Below are positions 47,020-57,067 of a stretch of 64,000 nucleotides of DNA, in pieces. The DNA comes from a virus, in the IMG/VR virus record IMGVR_UViG_3300002461_000876. One strand, 5' to 3'. The notes under the pieces were generated by a model. The model made no database searches. It saw only the letters and a list, made by a program, of their open reading frames with translations, and had not been told where the DNA came from. Both the position numbers and the translations under genes were made by a program. Each line of letters starts with the position of its first letter. The first letter of the stretch is position 1.

Positions 47020-47465
47020 GCGGGGAAGAGAAGTGCAAGAACGCTCTCTCCGCAGCGCTCTGCGGAGTGAGTGTCGCGGAGGCTCTTGCGGTCCACGACG
47101 CGCTGGATCAGTACCTGAGCAACAACGATCCTGACGAGATCGCGACTTCCGAGCACGAGGAGAAGTACGTGGATCGGGAGCGATACGCCGCGGCGATGTC
47201 GCTTCAGGATCGGCTCGACGGTGCGATGGTGCTCCTCGCCGAGGAGTCGCCTCCAGGCGCGTGTCCGGACCTCGTAGGCCAAGGCCCCGAGGAGGCGCAG
47301 GTCATCGTCGAGCGTCTGAATCGCGCTCGAGCCTCTTACGAGGAAACCCTCGTGGCGTTGGGCATGCCCCGGGGTCAGGCTCACCTGGCGAGCAAGGCGG
47401 CGCTTCGCAAGAACCCCCAGACCCTCCTTCGACGCTTCGCAGACATGCCGAAGGAAGATCGATGA
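47016..47465 (+). CDS. Hypothetical protein
   Basis: 149 aa, ATGA overlaps. Confidence 0.6.
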   Translation: MSGEEKCKNALSAALCGVSVAEALAVHDALDQYLSNNDPDEIATSEHEEKYVDRERYAAAMSLQDRLDGAMVLLAEESPPGACPDLVGQGPEEAQVIVERLNRARASYEETLVALGMPRGQAHLASKAALRKNPQTLLRRFADMPKEDR

Positions 47466-48175
47466 TCCGAACGACGCCCACGATCGCCCACGCCTGTTGC
47501 TTCAGCAAGCTCGAGCCCCGGCCTGATCTTCCCGGCACATCCTGTGACGTCGACTCCGTCTGGAGTGTCGTCGATGGTCGAGCGCTGGCCCGCATGTCCG
47601 ACTCATCCGAGCGCGTCTACGGATCGATGACGGAGCTAGTGCGGGTGCATTACCTGATCTTGACCCAGTCGAAGGATTTCATCGCCATCGACGTCGATCT
47701 TCCTTCTCTTCCCGAGACCTTCGAGGTCTCGGTAGACTGGGCCAAGATCCATCTCGCGGTCTATCGGATCGATCAGGCTCGCCGAGGAACGACGATCGGA
47801 CGCTACTGGATCAGAGACGTGTTCCAGGGCAGCTGCATCCCGATACACTGCGGACTTCCACTGATCGTCCGGATCATCGCGTCTCTCAGGATGGTCGCCC
47901 AGGACGCCTGGTCGATGGTTCGTGGCGCACACCGATGGGGTCGAGAGAACGACCGGATCTCCCGCGCCAAGAAGGGATGCTCTGTCGCGATCGCGTGCTC
48001 CGAGCTCTTCGCGCTGCTCTACAGCTACGGGTTCGTCGACGATCCGAGCCACACGATCTGCGGGACTGGCCCTGGGTACGGCCTGAGCGGGCTCGGCCTG
48101 GCCCACGGCGAGCCCTGCGATCGGACCTGGTCATGTGAAGAGGTGCGGCGGTTCGTGGAACAGGAGGAGTCGTGA
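47462..48175 (+). CDS. Hypothetical protein
   Basis: 237 aa. Confidence 0.6.
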   Translation: MIRTTPTIAHACCFSKLEPRPDLPGTSCDVDSVWSVVDGRALARMSDSSERVYGSMTELVRVHYLILTQSKDFIAIDVDLPSLPETFEVSVDWAKIHLAVYRIDQARRGTTIGRYWIRDVFQGSCIPIHCGLPLIVRIIASLRMVAQDAWSMVRGAHRWGRENDRISRAKKGCSVAIACSELFALLYSYGFVDDPSHTICGTGPGYGLSGLGLAHGEPCDRTWSCEEVRRFVEQEES

Positions 48176-48480
48176 TGGCGCATGACACATGCTCGATCTG
48201 TAAGCGATCGATCGGAGACTTCGAGTCGCTTGGACTCGACTACTTCCTCGTGATTGTCGACGGCGAAGACTCGCTCGAACCTCTCGACTGGCTCGGCAGC
48301 GAGGTTCCACCCGTAAAGGTCTCGGGAGTCGTCTGCGGGGCCTGTGCGGATCCGGACATGGTTGCGGAGCACTTCCACGCCATGGATCTCAAGGAGGAGT
48401 CCGCCCTCTCGGCATGGAATGGAACCCCTCCGCCTGACGTATCCTCGCCTCGCTACACCGGATACGAGTGCGAGTTCTGA
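48175..48480 (+). CDS. Small Zn-finger protein
   Basis: CSIC...CGAC. Confidence 0.55.
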   Translation: MAHDTCSICKRSIGDFESLGLDYFLVIVDGEDSLEPLDWLGSEVPPVKVSGVVCGACADPDMVAEHFHAMDLKEESALSAWNGTPPPDVSSPRYTGYECEF

Positions 48481-49119
48481 ATGAACGCGTCGCAGATCAT
48501 CGGAGCGCTCGGCGTCGAGGTGAGGATCTCGAAGGTCTCGTCCGTCGAGGCGTTCCGCATCGGTCCCGAGGTCGGGATGTCTCCATCCTTCGCGGAGACT
48601 CGGTGGGTCGAAGGACGGCCCGTGGTGTACTGGTTTCCCAGTACCTGCAAGTGGAAGGCTGCGATCGCCAGCGTGCTCCACGAGGCGCTCCACGTCGTCG
48701 TCGGCCCGGACAGCTTCGACAACGAGCTCGAGCTGATGGCCGTCGAGGCCGAGGCGATCCGCTGCATCGAGAGTCCGGAGCAGGAAGTGTTACGTCGTGA
48801 TTTTTCGACGTACGGCATGTTCTGGTCCGATCCGAGGTCCGGAACCATGCATGCGGAGGTCACAGAGGATGACGCCGTGTTCCGATCCCAGGAGTGGAGA
48901 GCGATCCAGAGGAGGGCTGCGATGAGGGGCTTGCTCGTGCGTGGATCCGGTGGCGAGTGGATGCCGGTGTTCGGGCTCGGCCCGCACCCGGGATGGAAGG
49001 ACTGGGACAAAAGCGAGGCTGGGCGTACCTCGATCAAGGATCAACACCAGCAGGCCAAGGACTGGAAGAATGGCCATCGAGGCGTTCGGTTCGGACGAAC
49101 GCCCCGGTCGCCGACTTGA
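48481..49119 (+). CDS. HExxH (zincin-like) protein
   Basis: VLHEALH. Confidence 0.55.
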   Translation: MNASQIIGALGVEVRISKVSSVEAFRIGPEVGMSPSFAETRWVEGRPVVYWFPSTCKWKAAIASVLHEALHVVVGPDSFDNELELMAVEAEAIRCIESPEQEVLRRDFSTYGMFWSDPRSGTMHAEVTEDDAVFRSQEWRAIQRRAAMRGLLVRGSGGEWMPVFGLGPHPGWKDWDKSEAGRTSIKDQHQQAKDWKNGHRGVRFGRTPRSPT

Positions 49120-49127
49120 CCCGTTCA

Positions 49128-49195
49128 TCCTCGAGCCCGCCCGTAACGCAGCCCCCTCGGGTCCGAGCGTGCGGGCTCGAGGACGTGGAGAGACC
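49128..49195 (+). promoter_or_regulatory. Hairpin leader motif, copy C
   Basis: 13-bp outer stem TCCTCGAGCCCGC/GCGGGCTCGAGGA; ATG at 49198. Confidence 0.8.
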
Positions 49196-49197
49196 TG

Positions 49198-49632
49198 ATG
49201 CCGACCAAGCCCAGCACCGACCCAGAGACCGCCGTGCGGGAGAAGAACAACTGGTGGAGAGACCCGAGGCCGACCAAGCCCAGCACCGACCCAGAGACCG
49301 CCTCGCAGGAGAAGAGCGGCTACCGCAAGTTCCGTCGACATGAAGTCGCCGCACGCTGGGCTTCCAACATCGGCCTCAGCCTCCTCTTGTTCGGACTCAT
49401 CGCGTCATCCGCAGGCGCCGATCAGATCGTGTCCCTGTGCTTCTTCGCCACAGGCGCCTCCATTCTCGCAGCCGGGCGAGTGATGGATGCCGAGCGGTTC
49501 GGAGGATACATCTCGATGATGCCTTTGCAACTTTCTCTCTTGCTCTTGTACTTCGGATTTGCCACCGGATGCTTCGCGGAGATCGCGGATCTCATTCGAG
49601 AGGATGGATCCACGACGGTGCCGACCGACTGA
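49198..49632 (+). CDS. Membrane protein with a duplicated N-terminal peptide
   Basis: PTKPSTDPETA twice; three hydrophobic segments. Confidence 0.65.
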   Translation: MPTKPSTDPETAVREKNNWWRDPRPTKPSTDPETASQEKSGYRKFRRHEVAARWASNIGLSLLLFGLIASSAGADQIVSLCFFATGASILAAGRVMDAERFGGYISMMPLQLSLLLLYFGFATGCFAEIADLIREDGSTTVPTD

Positions 49633-49643
49633 ACTTCTGGTCC

Positions 49644-49708
49644 CGAGCCCGCCCGTAACGCAGCCCACCCTTGGGCCGAGCGTGCGGGCTCGATGACGTG
49701 GAGAGACC
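49644..49708 (+). promoter_or_regulatory. Hairpin leader motif, copy D
   Basis: Same motif; ATG at 49711. Confidence 0.8.
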
Positions 49709-49710
49709 CG

Positions 49711-50616
49711 ATGCGAAAGAACAAGTACTTCCTCGCCATCCTCATCGCTGCGTGCGAAATGCCCACCGAGGGCATCCCCATCGAGGAGAGCAGCAGTTCG
49801 ACCAGCGAAGACCTGGAGACCACGATCACGACCAGCGTATCCGGGTCGTCCACGATCACCTCGACGTCGATCACGACCAGCGACCAGGAGGGTTCGGAGT
49901 CGAGCGAGTCGACCGATGATGGCTCGGGATCCGACTCGAGTTCCGGATCCTCGGAAACCGGTGAGCCCGTCGAGCCCAAGAGCTACGCCCTGGCCTTCGA
50001 CGGAGGTCTCGCGATCTCGGGTCCGACCAACATCGTCAACTTCGACGGTGACCCCTTCACGATCGAGATGTGGGTTCGGATCTCCGGCGACCTGCAAGGC
50101 GTCCTCTTCGACACCACGGTGACCGTCCCGGGCCCGAACGGCATGACGCTGGTCCGCGACCCCGCCTGGACTTCGACCAACGACGTCGTTTTCTACGACT
50201 TCGGCACGAACCCGCCCACCCAGCTCGGTGGCATGGATCCCGGGGTCGTCGCTCCGGGATGGCACCACGTCGCCTTCGTCCACTCCGGGTCCGCGATCAA
50301 GATGTGGGTCGACGGGAGCCTGGCCGCGACGCAGATCGTGGAGGTCGTGTCGGACAACGCCTCGGCTCCGATCGCGATCGGGACGCAGCCCACGACCCCG
50401 TTCGTTCCGTTGCGAGGCTTCGAGATCGACGAGCTCCGGATCTCGGTCGACGCCCGCTACGATGCCCCGTTCATCCCCCAGAGCCCCATGGGATCCGACG
50501 GCGCATCGCTGCACTGGACCTTCGACGAGGGCCAAGGTACTTCGGCGTCGGACTCGGTCTACGGGCTCGAGCTCGAGCTTTCCAATGAGGGCATCGACTG
50601 GATCGAGGTCGAGTAG
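49711..50616 (+). CDS. Lipoprotein with Ser/Thr linker and LamG/concanavalin A-like domain
   Basis: LIAAC lipobox; FTIEMWVR, WHHVAFV, MWVDG, IDELRIS, HWTFDEGQG. Confidence 0.85.
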   Translation: MRKNKYFLAILIAACEMPTEGIPIEESSSSTSEDLETTITTSVSGSSTITSTSITTSDQEGSESSESTDDGSGSDSSSGSSETGEPVEPKSYALAFDGGLAISGPTNIVNFDGDPFTIEMWVRISGDLQGVLFDTTVTVPGPNGMTLVRDPAWTSTNDVVFYDFGTNPPTQLGGMDPGVVAPGWHHVAFVHSGSAIKMWVDGSLAATQIVEVVSDNASAPIAIGTQPTTPFVPLRGFEIDELRISVDARYDAPFIPQSPMGSDGASLHWTFDEGQGTSASDSVYGLELELSNEGIDWIEVE

Positions 50617-50627
50617 AGGACCAGATC

Positions 50628-50813
50628 ATGGTCCACAATCCAACCAAGATCGCAGCACTGACGATCAGCGTCGACTCCACGCTCAAGCGGATCGCATGGG
50701 CGTTCGGATGCTCGAAGAAGGGGAGCGAAGAGGAGTCGATGCTCCGCGACGTTCTCATCGACAAGGTCCGACTCGAAAGCGAATCTCCGATCGATCCAAC
50801 AACGAAGACTTGA
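50628..50813 (+). CDS. Small hypothetical protein
   Basis: GAGGA RBS. Confidence 0.5.
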   Translation: MVHNPTKIAALTISVDSTLKRIAWAFGCSKKGSEEESMLRDVLIDKVRLESESPIDPTTKT

Positions 50814-50822
50814 GGAGGATAC

Positions 50823-51092
50823 ATGCCAAATCTGAAGTACACCGTCGAGATTCGACCCGATGAGCTTGATCATTCCGGGTCGACATCCAAGGTCGTGATC
50901 CTTGCTAATAACGGACAGATCGTCGGCACACCTGCAAGGGGACTGTTCGGATGCGCCGACAAGGGTCAAGCGCAAGTCTACCTGGACATCGTGATGTTCG
51001 CGTTCCGCTACGGATTCTCCGAAGCTGCATCGGAGCTGTTGCGAAGCATCCGCGTCGCGAACCAGGGCATGGATTGCAGGACGAAGGTTTAG
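50823..51092 (+). CDS. Hypothetical protein
   Basis: GAGGAGG RBS. Confidence 0.6.
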   Translation: MPNLKYTVEIRPDELDHSGSTSKVVILANNGQIVGTPARGLFGCADKGQAQVYLDIVMFAFRYGFSEAASELLRSIRVANQGMDCRTKV

Positions 51093-51095
51093 GCC

Positions 51096-51725
51096 ATGGC
51101 CATGACGCGTCCGATAAACCAACATCCATCCATCTCCAAGCTCATCGACATCCTGATCGGAATGGATGCCCGGTGTCGTCGAGCGATCGAGTTGCTCTTC
51201 GAACGATCCGAAGGCGAGACCATGGAAGCAGTCACCACCCTGACGACTGGGACGAGGCTGATCTCCGTGCTTCGTCGCATGGTGGAGGTTCGGTCCGGGC
51301 TCGAAGGGGTCATGCAAGCCTTCGGCGCTCCAGGCGACTGGGGGTATGCCACTCCGCTCGGAGAAGTCCTGTACGAGATCAGCAGATCTGAGGCCGGCCC
51401 AACCCCTGCCCAGTTTTCTCTCGACCCGGCCAAGCCACCGCCGCATTGGATCGAGGGCGAGCAAGGTTACTACCCCCCCGAGTATCCGGGTCCTCTCATC
51501 CACGGCGAGCAGACTCTCGAGGCCGCTCATGAGATCTACGCCGACGCGTCGAGACCGGCAGTTCTCTTTCTTGCGGAGCGGATCGTCGCCGACCTCAAGG
51601 TTCGCGCCGAGTCGTTCTCTCGACGCGGCGACACGATGACCGCAGCCCTGCTCTTGGAGATGGCCGAGGAGTACATGCAGGCAGCTCGAGGAGAGAGCGT
51701 CCGCCTGCTCGGAGATCCGTCATGA
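51096..51725 (+). CDS. Hypothetical protein
   Basis: 209 aa ORF. Confidence 0.6.
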   Translation: MAMTRPINQHPSISKLIDILIGMDARCRRAIELLFERSEGETMEAVTTLTTGTRLISVLRRMVEVRSGLEGVMQAFGAPGDWGYATPLGEVLYEISRSEAGPTPAQFSLDPAKPPPHWIEGEQGYYPPEYPGPLIHGEQTLEAAHEIYADASRPAVLFLAERIVADLKVRAESFSRRGDTMTAALLLEMAEEYMQAARGESVRLLGDPS

Positions 51726-52051
51726 CGAGCCTGACCATTCTCGACCAGGAGACGAGAGAGGAACTGGCGGAGTTCGGAATGGTTCCCGTTCCGACCGTCA
51801 AACTGTGCAAAGACTGTCGGTTCTCGGTACCCTCGGGTGTCTCAATGGGCATGGTATGCGAGATTGAAGGTCGATCCTTGTGCGAGCACGTCAATCCAAG
51901 AGGACTGTGCGATCGTCATCAACGCAAGACCGCGATAGTCGCTCACTCCACTGCTATGGCTCACTCCACCGCCATGGTTCTGACCTGCGCCGGCACGGGT
52001 CTAGGGGTCGGGATGGTGTTCGGGTTCATCCTCGGCGTCGTCCTCGGGTGA
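51722..52051 (+). CDS. Cys-containing protein with a C-terminal TM helix
   Basis: CKDCRF...CE...LCD; hydrophobic tail. Confidence 0.6.
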   Translation: MTSLTILDQETREELAEFGMVPVPTVKLCKDCRFSVPSGVSMGMVCEIEGRSLCEHVNPRGLCDRHQRKTAIVAHSTAMAHSTAMVLTCAGTGLGVGMVFGFILGVVLG

Positions 52052-52247
52052 TCCGATGAAGACGCCAGGAAGTTCCTCCGTGTTGTCCGGAGAGATCGTC
52101 GTCGAAGAAAGATCGCCATCTCCGAAGATCCCGAGGTCAGAGAGTCGTCCCTTGCCACTCGAGGTATGGAGGAATCGACTCGACCCGATGTGCTATTACC
52201 GAAGGCCTTCCGTACGAGGTCAAAAGATCCTTCGTTAGAAGGCTCCT

Positions 52248-53198
52248 ATGCGATTGATTGGAGATCTTCAACGTCAGCTTCAGATCATCGATTATGAAGC
52301 CGACGATCTGCTGAGGCGAAGCTCTGCTCTTCTCGATGAGACGAAGCAATCGTTCCGCAACAGCTCGAGTCCGGTCGGATTCCAGTCCCGTAGCGCGAAC
52401 TCGAAGCTCTCTCGTCAGAGGATTGAGATCGCGAGCTCAGGACGGAAGCGCTACGTCCCGATCGGTCCCTTCGTGTCGAGCACCTACGTCTCGATCGAAG
52501 CGACGTGTCCGCCCTCGTGCAGGTTCAAGGAGGGTGGGTGCTTCGCCAAGGCAGGATCGACCCACCTCACGATGTCAGGTCTGGATCGAGCTGCGCTCGG
52601 CCTGACGGCGCTCCAGGTGAGTCTCGCCGAGGCCGCGGCGATCGACGCGGCGATGCGTCGGGGGATCCCTCAGGATGGGGCTCGTGGTGGCCGAGACCTC
52701 CGCCTCCACGTCGGAGGGGAAGTGAGCTGTACGGCTGGAGCGCGGGCCTTGGCAGGAGCTGCGGAGCGGTGGAAGTCCAGGGGCGGTGGGGCGGTCTGGT
52801 CCTTCACGCACCGGTGGGCTCAGATCAGCCGTGACGCCTGGGGCCCGATCTCGGTCCTGGCGTCGTGTGAGACGCACGAGGACGTCGTCGCGGCAGTCGC
52901 AAGGGGGTTCGTCCCGGCCATCGTTGTCCCCGAGTTCCCTTCGGGTCCCAGAGCCTTCTATTTTGCGGGGAGGAAGACGATCCCCTGTCCTGCCGAAGCC
53001 AGCGAGCGGGTCGAAGGAGGGCCAACGTGTTCATCGTGCCGACTCTGCCTCGACGACCGGAAGCTGTTCGAACTCGGGCTCGCGATCGGATTTTCGGCTC
53101 ACGGCCGGGACGAGGAGGACGCCTCCAACGTTGTTCCAGTCAGGAATCTGACGAGAGATCGAGTCGCCATGAGATCAAGTAGCGTCGACGAGAGATAG
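52248..53198 (+). CDS. Gp88-like Cys-rich phage protein (radical-SAM-like)
   Basis: ATCPPSCRFKEGGCFA, LRLHVGGE, TCSSCRLC, IGFSAHG. Confidence 0.55.
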   Translation: MRLIGDLQRQLQIIDYEADDLLRRSSALLDETKQSFRNSSSPVGFQSRSANSKLSRQRIEIASSGRKRYVPIGPFVSSTYVSIEATCPPSCRFKEGGCFAKAGSTHLTMSGLDRAALGLTALQVSLAEAAAIDAAMRRGIPQDGARGGRDLRLHVGGEVSCTAGARALAGAAERWKSRGGGAVWSFTHRWAQISRDAWGPISVLASCETHEDVVAAVARGFVPAIVVPEFPSGPRAFYFAGRKTIPCPAEASERVEGGPTCSSCRLCLDDRKLFELGLAIGFSAHGRDEEDASNVVPVRNLTRDRVAMRSSSVDER

Positions 53199-53510
53199 TT
53201 CATGGAGCAGGCCCTGGAGCAGTTCCTGGACGTTCTCTCGTCGATCTTCGAGCACGGCACGCACAGCTTCTCGCGCATACCTCCAGTGTGGAAGATCTTT
53301 CGCGATGGGTACGGTGAGACGGATCCATGCGAGAAGGATTCCGATGTGGAGCGATGCGGCGATGCCCGGGCTGGCGATCCATGCCAAGACAGCGTCACAC
53401 TCCTGTCTCGACTGTGAATCCATGACAAGATCGAAGATCTCGTCGAACACGACGTCGACTTCGTTCTCACTCTTGGCAGCGAGAAGACGCTCCGCCAGCG
53501 CCGGAGTCAT
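53175..53510 (-). CDS. Hypothetical protein
   Basis: ATG 53510 overlaps the fcl stop. Confidence 0.55.
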   Translation of the reverse strand: MTPALAERLLAAKSENEVDVVFDEIFDLVMDSQSRQECDAVLAWIASPGIAASLHIGILLAWIRLTVPIAKDLPHWRYAREAVRAVLEDRRENVQELLQGLLHELSLVDAT

Positions 53511-54448
53511 CGGACCATTCCATCCGAACGACGGGACTGGATCGCGCGGTACTCCTGGATCGTCTTCTCGACACCTTCTCGCAGCGAGATCTTCGGCGAC
53601 CATCCCAGTTCTCGGATCTTCGAAGAGTCCAGGATCTTCCTGGGCATGCCGTCAGGCTTCGACTCGTCCCATTCGATCAGTCCGCGATACCCCGTCAGCT
53701 CTGAGACAAGCTCCGCGAGCTGCATGATCGTGACCTCGACGCCAGATCCGACATTGATCGGCGCATCGTCATCGTAGTCCCTCAGCGCAACGGCGACGGC
53801 ATCTGCGAGGTCGTCGACGTGGAGGAACTCGCGGAACGGAGTCCCGGTGCCCCAGAGCGTCACCGGCCCACCGTTGATCCTGGCGCCCTCGAACTTCATG
53901 ATCAGGGTCGGGAGCACATGGCTCGCGTCGAGACTGTACCGATCCTCCGGCCCGTAGAGGTTGGTTGGCATCACGCTGACGTAGCGGCGACCATACTCGC
54001 GTCGGTAGTACTGGCACAGGCGAAGCGTGGCGATCTTCGCGAGCGCGTACGCTTCGTTGGTCGGCTCGAGCTCGCCCGTCAGCAACGCCTCGGGGCGCAG
54101 CGGCTGCTGGGCGGCGCGTGGGTAGATGCAGCTGCTGCCCAGGTTGACGAGGCGACCGATTCCGGCACAGTGGGCGGCGCTGACGACGTTCATGCCGATC
54201 AGCATATTGTCGAGCATGAACTCCACGGGAAGGGAGCTGTTGGCCCCGATCCCTCCGACCCTGGCCGCAGCGAGAACGACGGCGTCAGGACGGAGATCTC
54301 GGAGCACTCCCTCGACCTGGGACGCGACTCGAAGATCAGGGCCTCGGCCCTCCGGAGCTACGACCTCGTCCACGTACGGACTCTTGGATAGCCTCCGGAT
54401 CAGGGCCTTTCCCACCATGCCTCGATGCCCTGCGATGTAGACCCTCAT
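53507..54448 (-). CDS. fcl: GDP-L-fucose synthase
   Basis: [53 protein letters not shown]. Confidence 0.95.
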   Translation of the reverse strand: MRVYIAGHRGMVGKALIRRLSKSPYVDEVVAPEGRGPDLRVASQVEGVLRDLRPDAVVLAAARVGGIGANSSLPVEFMLDNMLIGMNVVSAAHCAGIGRLVNLGSSCIYPRAAQQPLRPEALLTGELEPTNEAYALAKIATLRLCQYYRREYGRRYVSVMPTNLYGPEDRYSLDASHVLPTLIMKFEGARINGGPVTLWGTGTPFREFLHVDDLADAVAVALRDYDDDAPINVGSGVEVTIMQLAELVSELTGYRGLIEWDESKPDGMPRKILDSSKIRELGWSPKISLREGVEKTIQEYRAIQSRRSDGMVR

Positions 54449-55440
54449 GTTGTCTCCTTCTCGGTCAGCTCGACGTCAGCGTCGACCATCAGATCGATGA
54501 GGTCGTCGAAATCCGTCCTCGTGCTCCATCCAAGGATCTCCTGCGCCTTGCTTGCGTCTCCGAGGAGAAGATCGACCTCTGAAGGGCGAACGAATCGTGG
54601 GTCTTCCACGACGTACTTTTTCCAGTCGAGACCGAGCTTTCCGAACGCCTTCTCGACCAGATCTCTCACCGAGTGAGTCTCTCCTGTCGCCAACACGTAG
54701 TCGTCGGGAGAATCCTGCTGCAGCATCATCCAGGCACCCTCGACGTAATCCGGAGCGTATCCCCAGTCCCTCTTCGCATCGAGGTTTCCGAGGCGAAGTT
54801 CAGACTGGATCCCTGCCGAGATCCTGGCCGCAGAGAGCGTCACCTTCCTCGTCACGTAGTTCTGGCCTCGCCTCGGCGACTCGTGATTGAAGAGGATCCC
54901 GTTCACGGCGAAGAGCCCGTAGGCTTCACGGTAGTTGACCGTCGTGTAGTAGGCGTAGGCCTTGGCGCACGCGTACGGGCTCCTGGGATGGAACGGCGTC
55001 GTCTCGCGCTGAGGAACCTCGTGGACCTTTCCGAACAGCTCCGAGCTCGACGCTTGATAGTAGCGACACGAACTCAAACCCGTGGCCCGGAGCGACTCGA
55101 GGAGCCTGGTCGATCCGACCGCAGTGGCCTCGGCGGTGTACTCGGGAAGATCGAAGGAAACCCTCACGTGGGCCTGAGCTGCGAAGTTGTAGAGCTCATT
55201 CGGCTGCGAGACCTCGATCGCCCTCCTGAGGCTCGAGGAGTCGCAGAGATCGCCGTAAAGAAGCGTGAGCTTAGGATCGTCCGGATCGAGCAGATGGGCG
55301 ATGTGCTGAGTCCGTAGCGTGGCCCCTGGTCTCACGAGGCCATAGACATCGTATCCCTTGCGGATCAGGAGCTCGGCCAGGTAGGACCCGTCCTGGCCGG
55401 TGACACCGGTGATCAGCGCTCTCTTCTTGTCGCCAGGCAT
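54445..55440 (-). CDS. gmd: GDP-mannose 4,6-dehydratase
   Basis: [53 protein letters not shown]. Confidence 0.97.
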   Translation of the reverse strand: MPGDKKRALITGVTGQDGSYLAELLIRKGYDVYGLVRPGATLRTQHIAHLLDPDDPKLTLLYGDLCDSSSLRRAIEVSQPNELYNFAAQAHVRVSFDLPEYTAEATAVGSTRLLESLRATGLSSCRYYQASSSELFGKVHEVPQRETTPFHPRSPYACAKAYAYYTTVNYREAYGLFAVNGILFNHESPRRGQNYVTRKVTLSAARISAGIQSELRLGNLDAKRDWGYAPDYVEGAWMMLQQDSPDDYVLATGETHSVRDLVEKAFGKLGLDWKKYVVEDPRFVRPSEVDLLLGDASKAQEILGWSTRTDFDDLIDLMVDADVELTEKETT

Positions 55441-55442
55441 CG

Positions 55443-56630
55443 TCAGAGGACCTCGTCGTTGATCCAGACGATGATCACGTCCTCGACCAGATCGTCATGG
55501 TTCGGATCCATGTACAGATCGACGTGTCCGTAGTCGGGCGTGAAGTGATCTTCGACATCGAAGGGGCTGGTCGACGTCAGGTTGACCTGGTCCATCATCC
55601 ACGGACCCATGCCTCGACCGCTCTCGAGCAACAGCACAGGCTCGTCGTAGACGTCGAGGTTGTCGACGAACTCATCATCGCCGCCGAGAGAGCAGTTGGC
55701 GTCTCTGATCTTGCGGATCGATGTGTAGTCCATGAACGTGGACGAGATGTTCCCGAACACGCGCTCTTCCGATCCGTAGAGGAAGGCGTCTGCGATGACA
55801 TCGCCTCGGACCAAGGAGAAGTTTGGTACCGCCGACGTGACGGGGCTCGGCGGTGGGGCATCGAGCAGGGCGATCACGAGCTGATGGAATGCCGGATCGA
55901 CCTGCGCCAGCGCGACGAGCATCTTCTGCTGCTGAGTCGATGTGTCGTAGACAATCCCCGACCCGAGCATGATGTCGAGGTCGTCGCAGATCGACGCGTT
56001 GGTCTGGATCACGTCGTCGTCGTCCGACCACATCGCGGATTCCCACAGCGCCAGGCCTCCGAAACTGTGGGGCCTACGATCCGCCATGGCGATCGCCATG
56101 GCACTTCCGTACGACAGACCGCCCGGGACAACCTTCTTCCACGGGTGACGATCCTTGATCCGATCGACGATGTAGAGCGCGTCATCGACGCTCGATTCCA
56201 GGCCCCAGTCTCCGATCGCGGAGCAGTCGACCACGAGGCCCTCGCACTGGCCGGCAGAGATCCCCGCCTCTCGAGGCGTGTACCCCCACACCTCGATACC
56301 CTCGCTTGCGAGTCTTCCCGCGAACGAAGACGACAGATCGTCATCCTCGTCGAAGGTGTACGTCGCGAATGTCGCAGCGAGCGGAGGAAGGGCGAGGAAG
56401 ACCGCTCGCGTCGGCTCGCCGATCTTCTTGACTCGATGCATCGTGAAACGATCCAGGGAGTCGCACCCGTCCTGCACGACCGTATCGGTCTGGACGTAGC
56501 CATCGTTCACGTCGATGTCGATGGAGACGATGTGCCGTCCCCACCATGCGTGAGCATCGGTGCAGAGAAGGGCGAGGATGGTGAACGTGATCGCGGCGAG
56601 AGAGGCTCTCATGCTCCTGATTTCCTTCAT
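55443..56630 (-). CDS. Secreted alpha/beta hydrolase
   Basis: Signal peptide (..AHA); GLSYG nucleophile elbow; YGHVD catalytic His region; start may be 56612. Confidence 0.75.
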   Translation of the reverse strand: MKEIRSMRASLAAITFTILALLCTDAHAWWGRHIVSIDIDVNDGYVQTDTVVQDGCDSLDRFTMHRVKKIGEPTRAVFLALPPLAATFATYTFDEDDDLSSSFAGRLASEGIEVWGYTPREAGISAGQCEGLVVDCSAIGDWGLESSVDDALYIVDRIKDRHPWKKVVPGGLSYGSAMAIAMADRRPHSFGGLALWESAMWSDDDDVIQTNASICDDLDIMLGSGIVYDTSTQQQKMLVALAQVDPAFHQLVIALLDAPPPSPVTSAVPNFSLVRGDVIADAFLYGSEERVFGNISSTFMDYTSIRKIRDANCSLGGDDEFVDNLDVYDEPVLLLESGRGMGPWMMDQVNLTSTSPFDVEDHFTPDYGHVDLYMDPNHDDLVEDVIIVWINDEVL

Positions 56631-56647
56631 GGGTGATCCTGGCGCGG

Positions 56648-57031
56648 ATGATACCCGCTCTTTCGACCCGCCCCAAGTACGAGGCTCACGTCTCACTTGC
56701 TCAAGATCAAAGCGCGCCACTGGCACTGGATCCTGCTCTTCCGACCCGATACGAGTCACGGAGATCCTGCGCGAATGCGAGATGTTCGGGCCCTGGAACT
56801 GGGTCCTGCTCTTCCGACCCGATACGAGGAGGCGTCCCACGAGACTGAGTGGGGCAACACAGACTGACACTGGATCCTGCTCTTCCGATCCGGTACGATG
56901 GTCTTCAATCGTCGACCCCACCTGGCACTGGGTCCTGCTCTTCCGACCCGGTGCGAGCCGATCTTGGCCGAGCCATGCGGGTGAATACTGGGCTCCTGGC
57001 ACCGGATCCTGCTCTTCCGACCCGGTACGAG
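56648..57031 (-). CRISPR. CRISPR-like array: five 36-nt repeats plus one degenerate terminal copy; no cas genes in window
   Basis: Repeats at 56720-56755, 56793-56828, 56864-56899, 56922-56957, 56996-57031 (plus consensus CTGGCACTGGATCCTGCTCTTCCGACCCGGTACGAG); degenerate copy ends at 56683; unique spacers of 36, 37, 35, 22 and 38 nt. Confidence 0.65.
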
Positions 57032-57067
57032 GTGAGGCCTCGGTCTTGCGTGCGTTGCTCCATTCGT

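Noticed and set aside
43817-49708. Integron attC sites as the identity of the hairpin leaders
   Set aside because: There is no paired RYYYAAC/GTTRRRY core and no integron integrase in the window; a cassette role remains only a hypothesis.
56631-57002. N-terminal extension of the hydrolase ORF through the repeat array
   Set aside because: The signal peptide starts at 56630/56612, and the repeats fall in alternating frames, so they are not a protein repeat.
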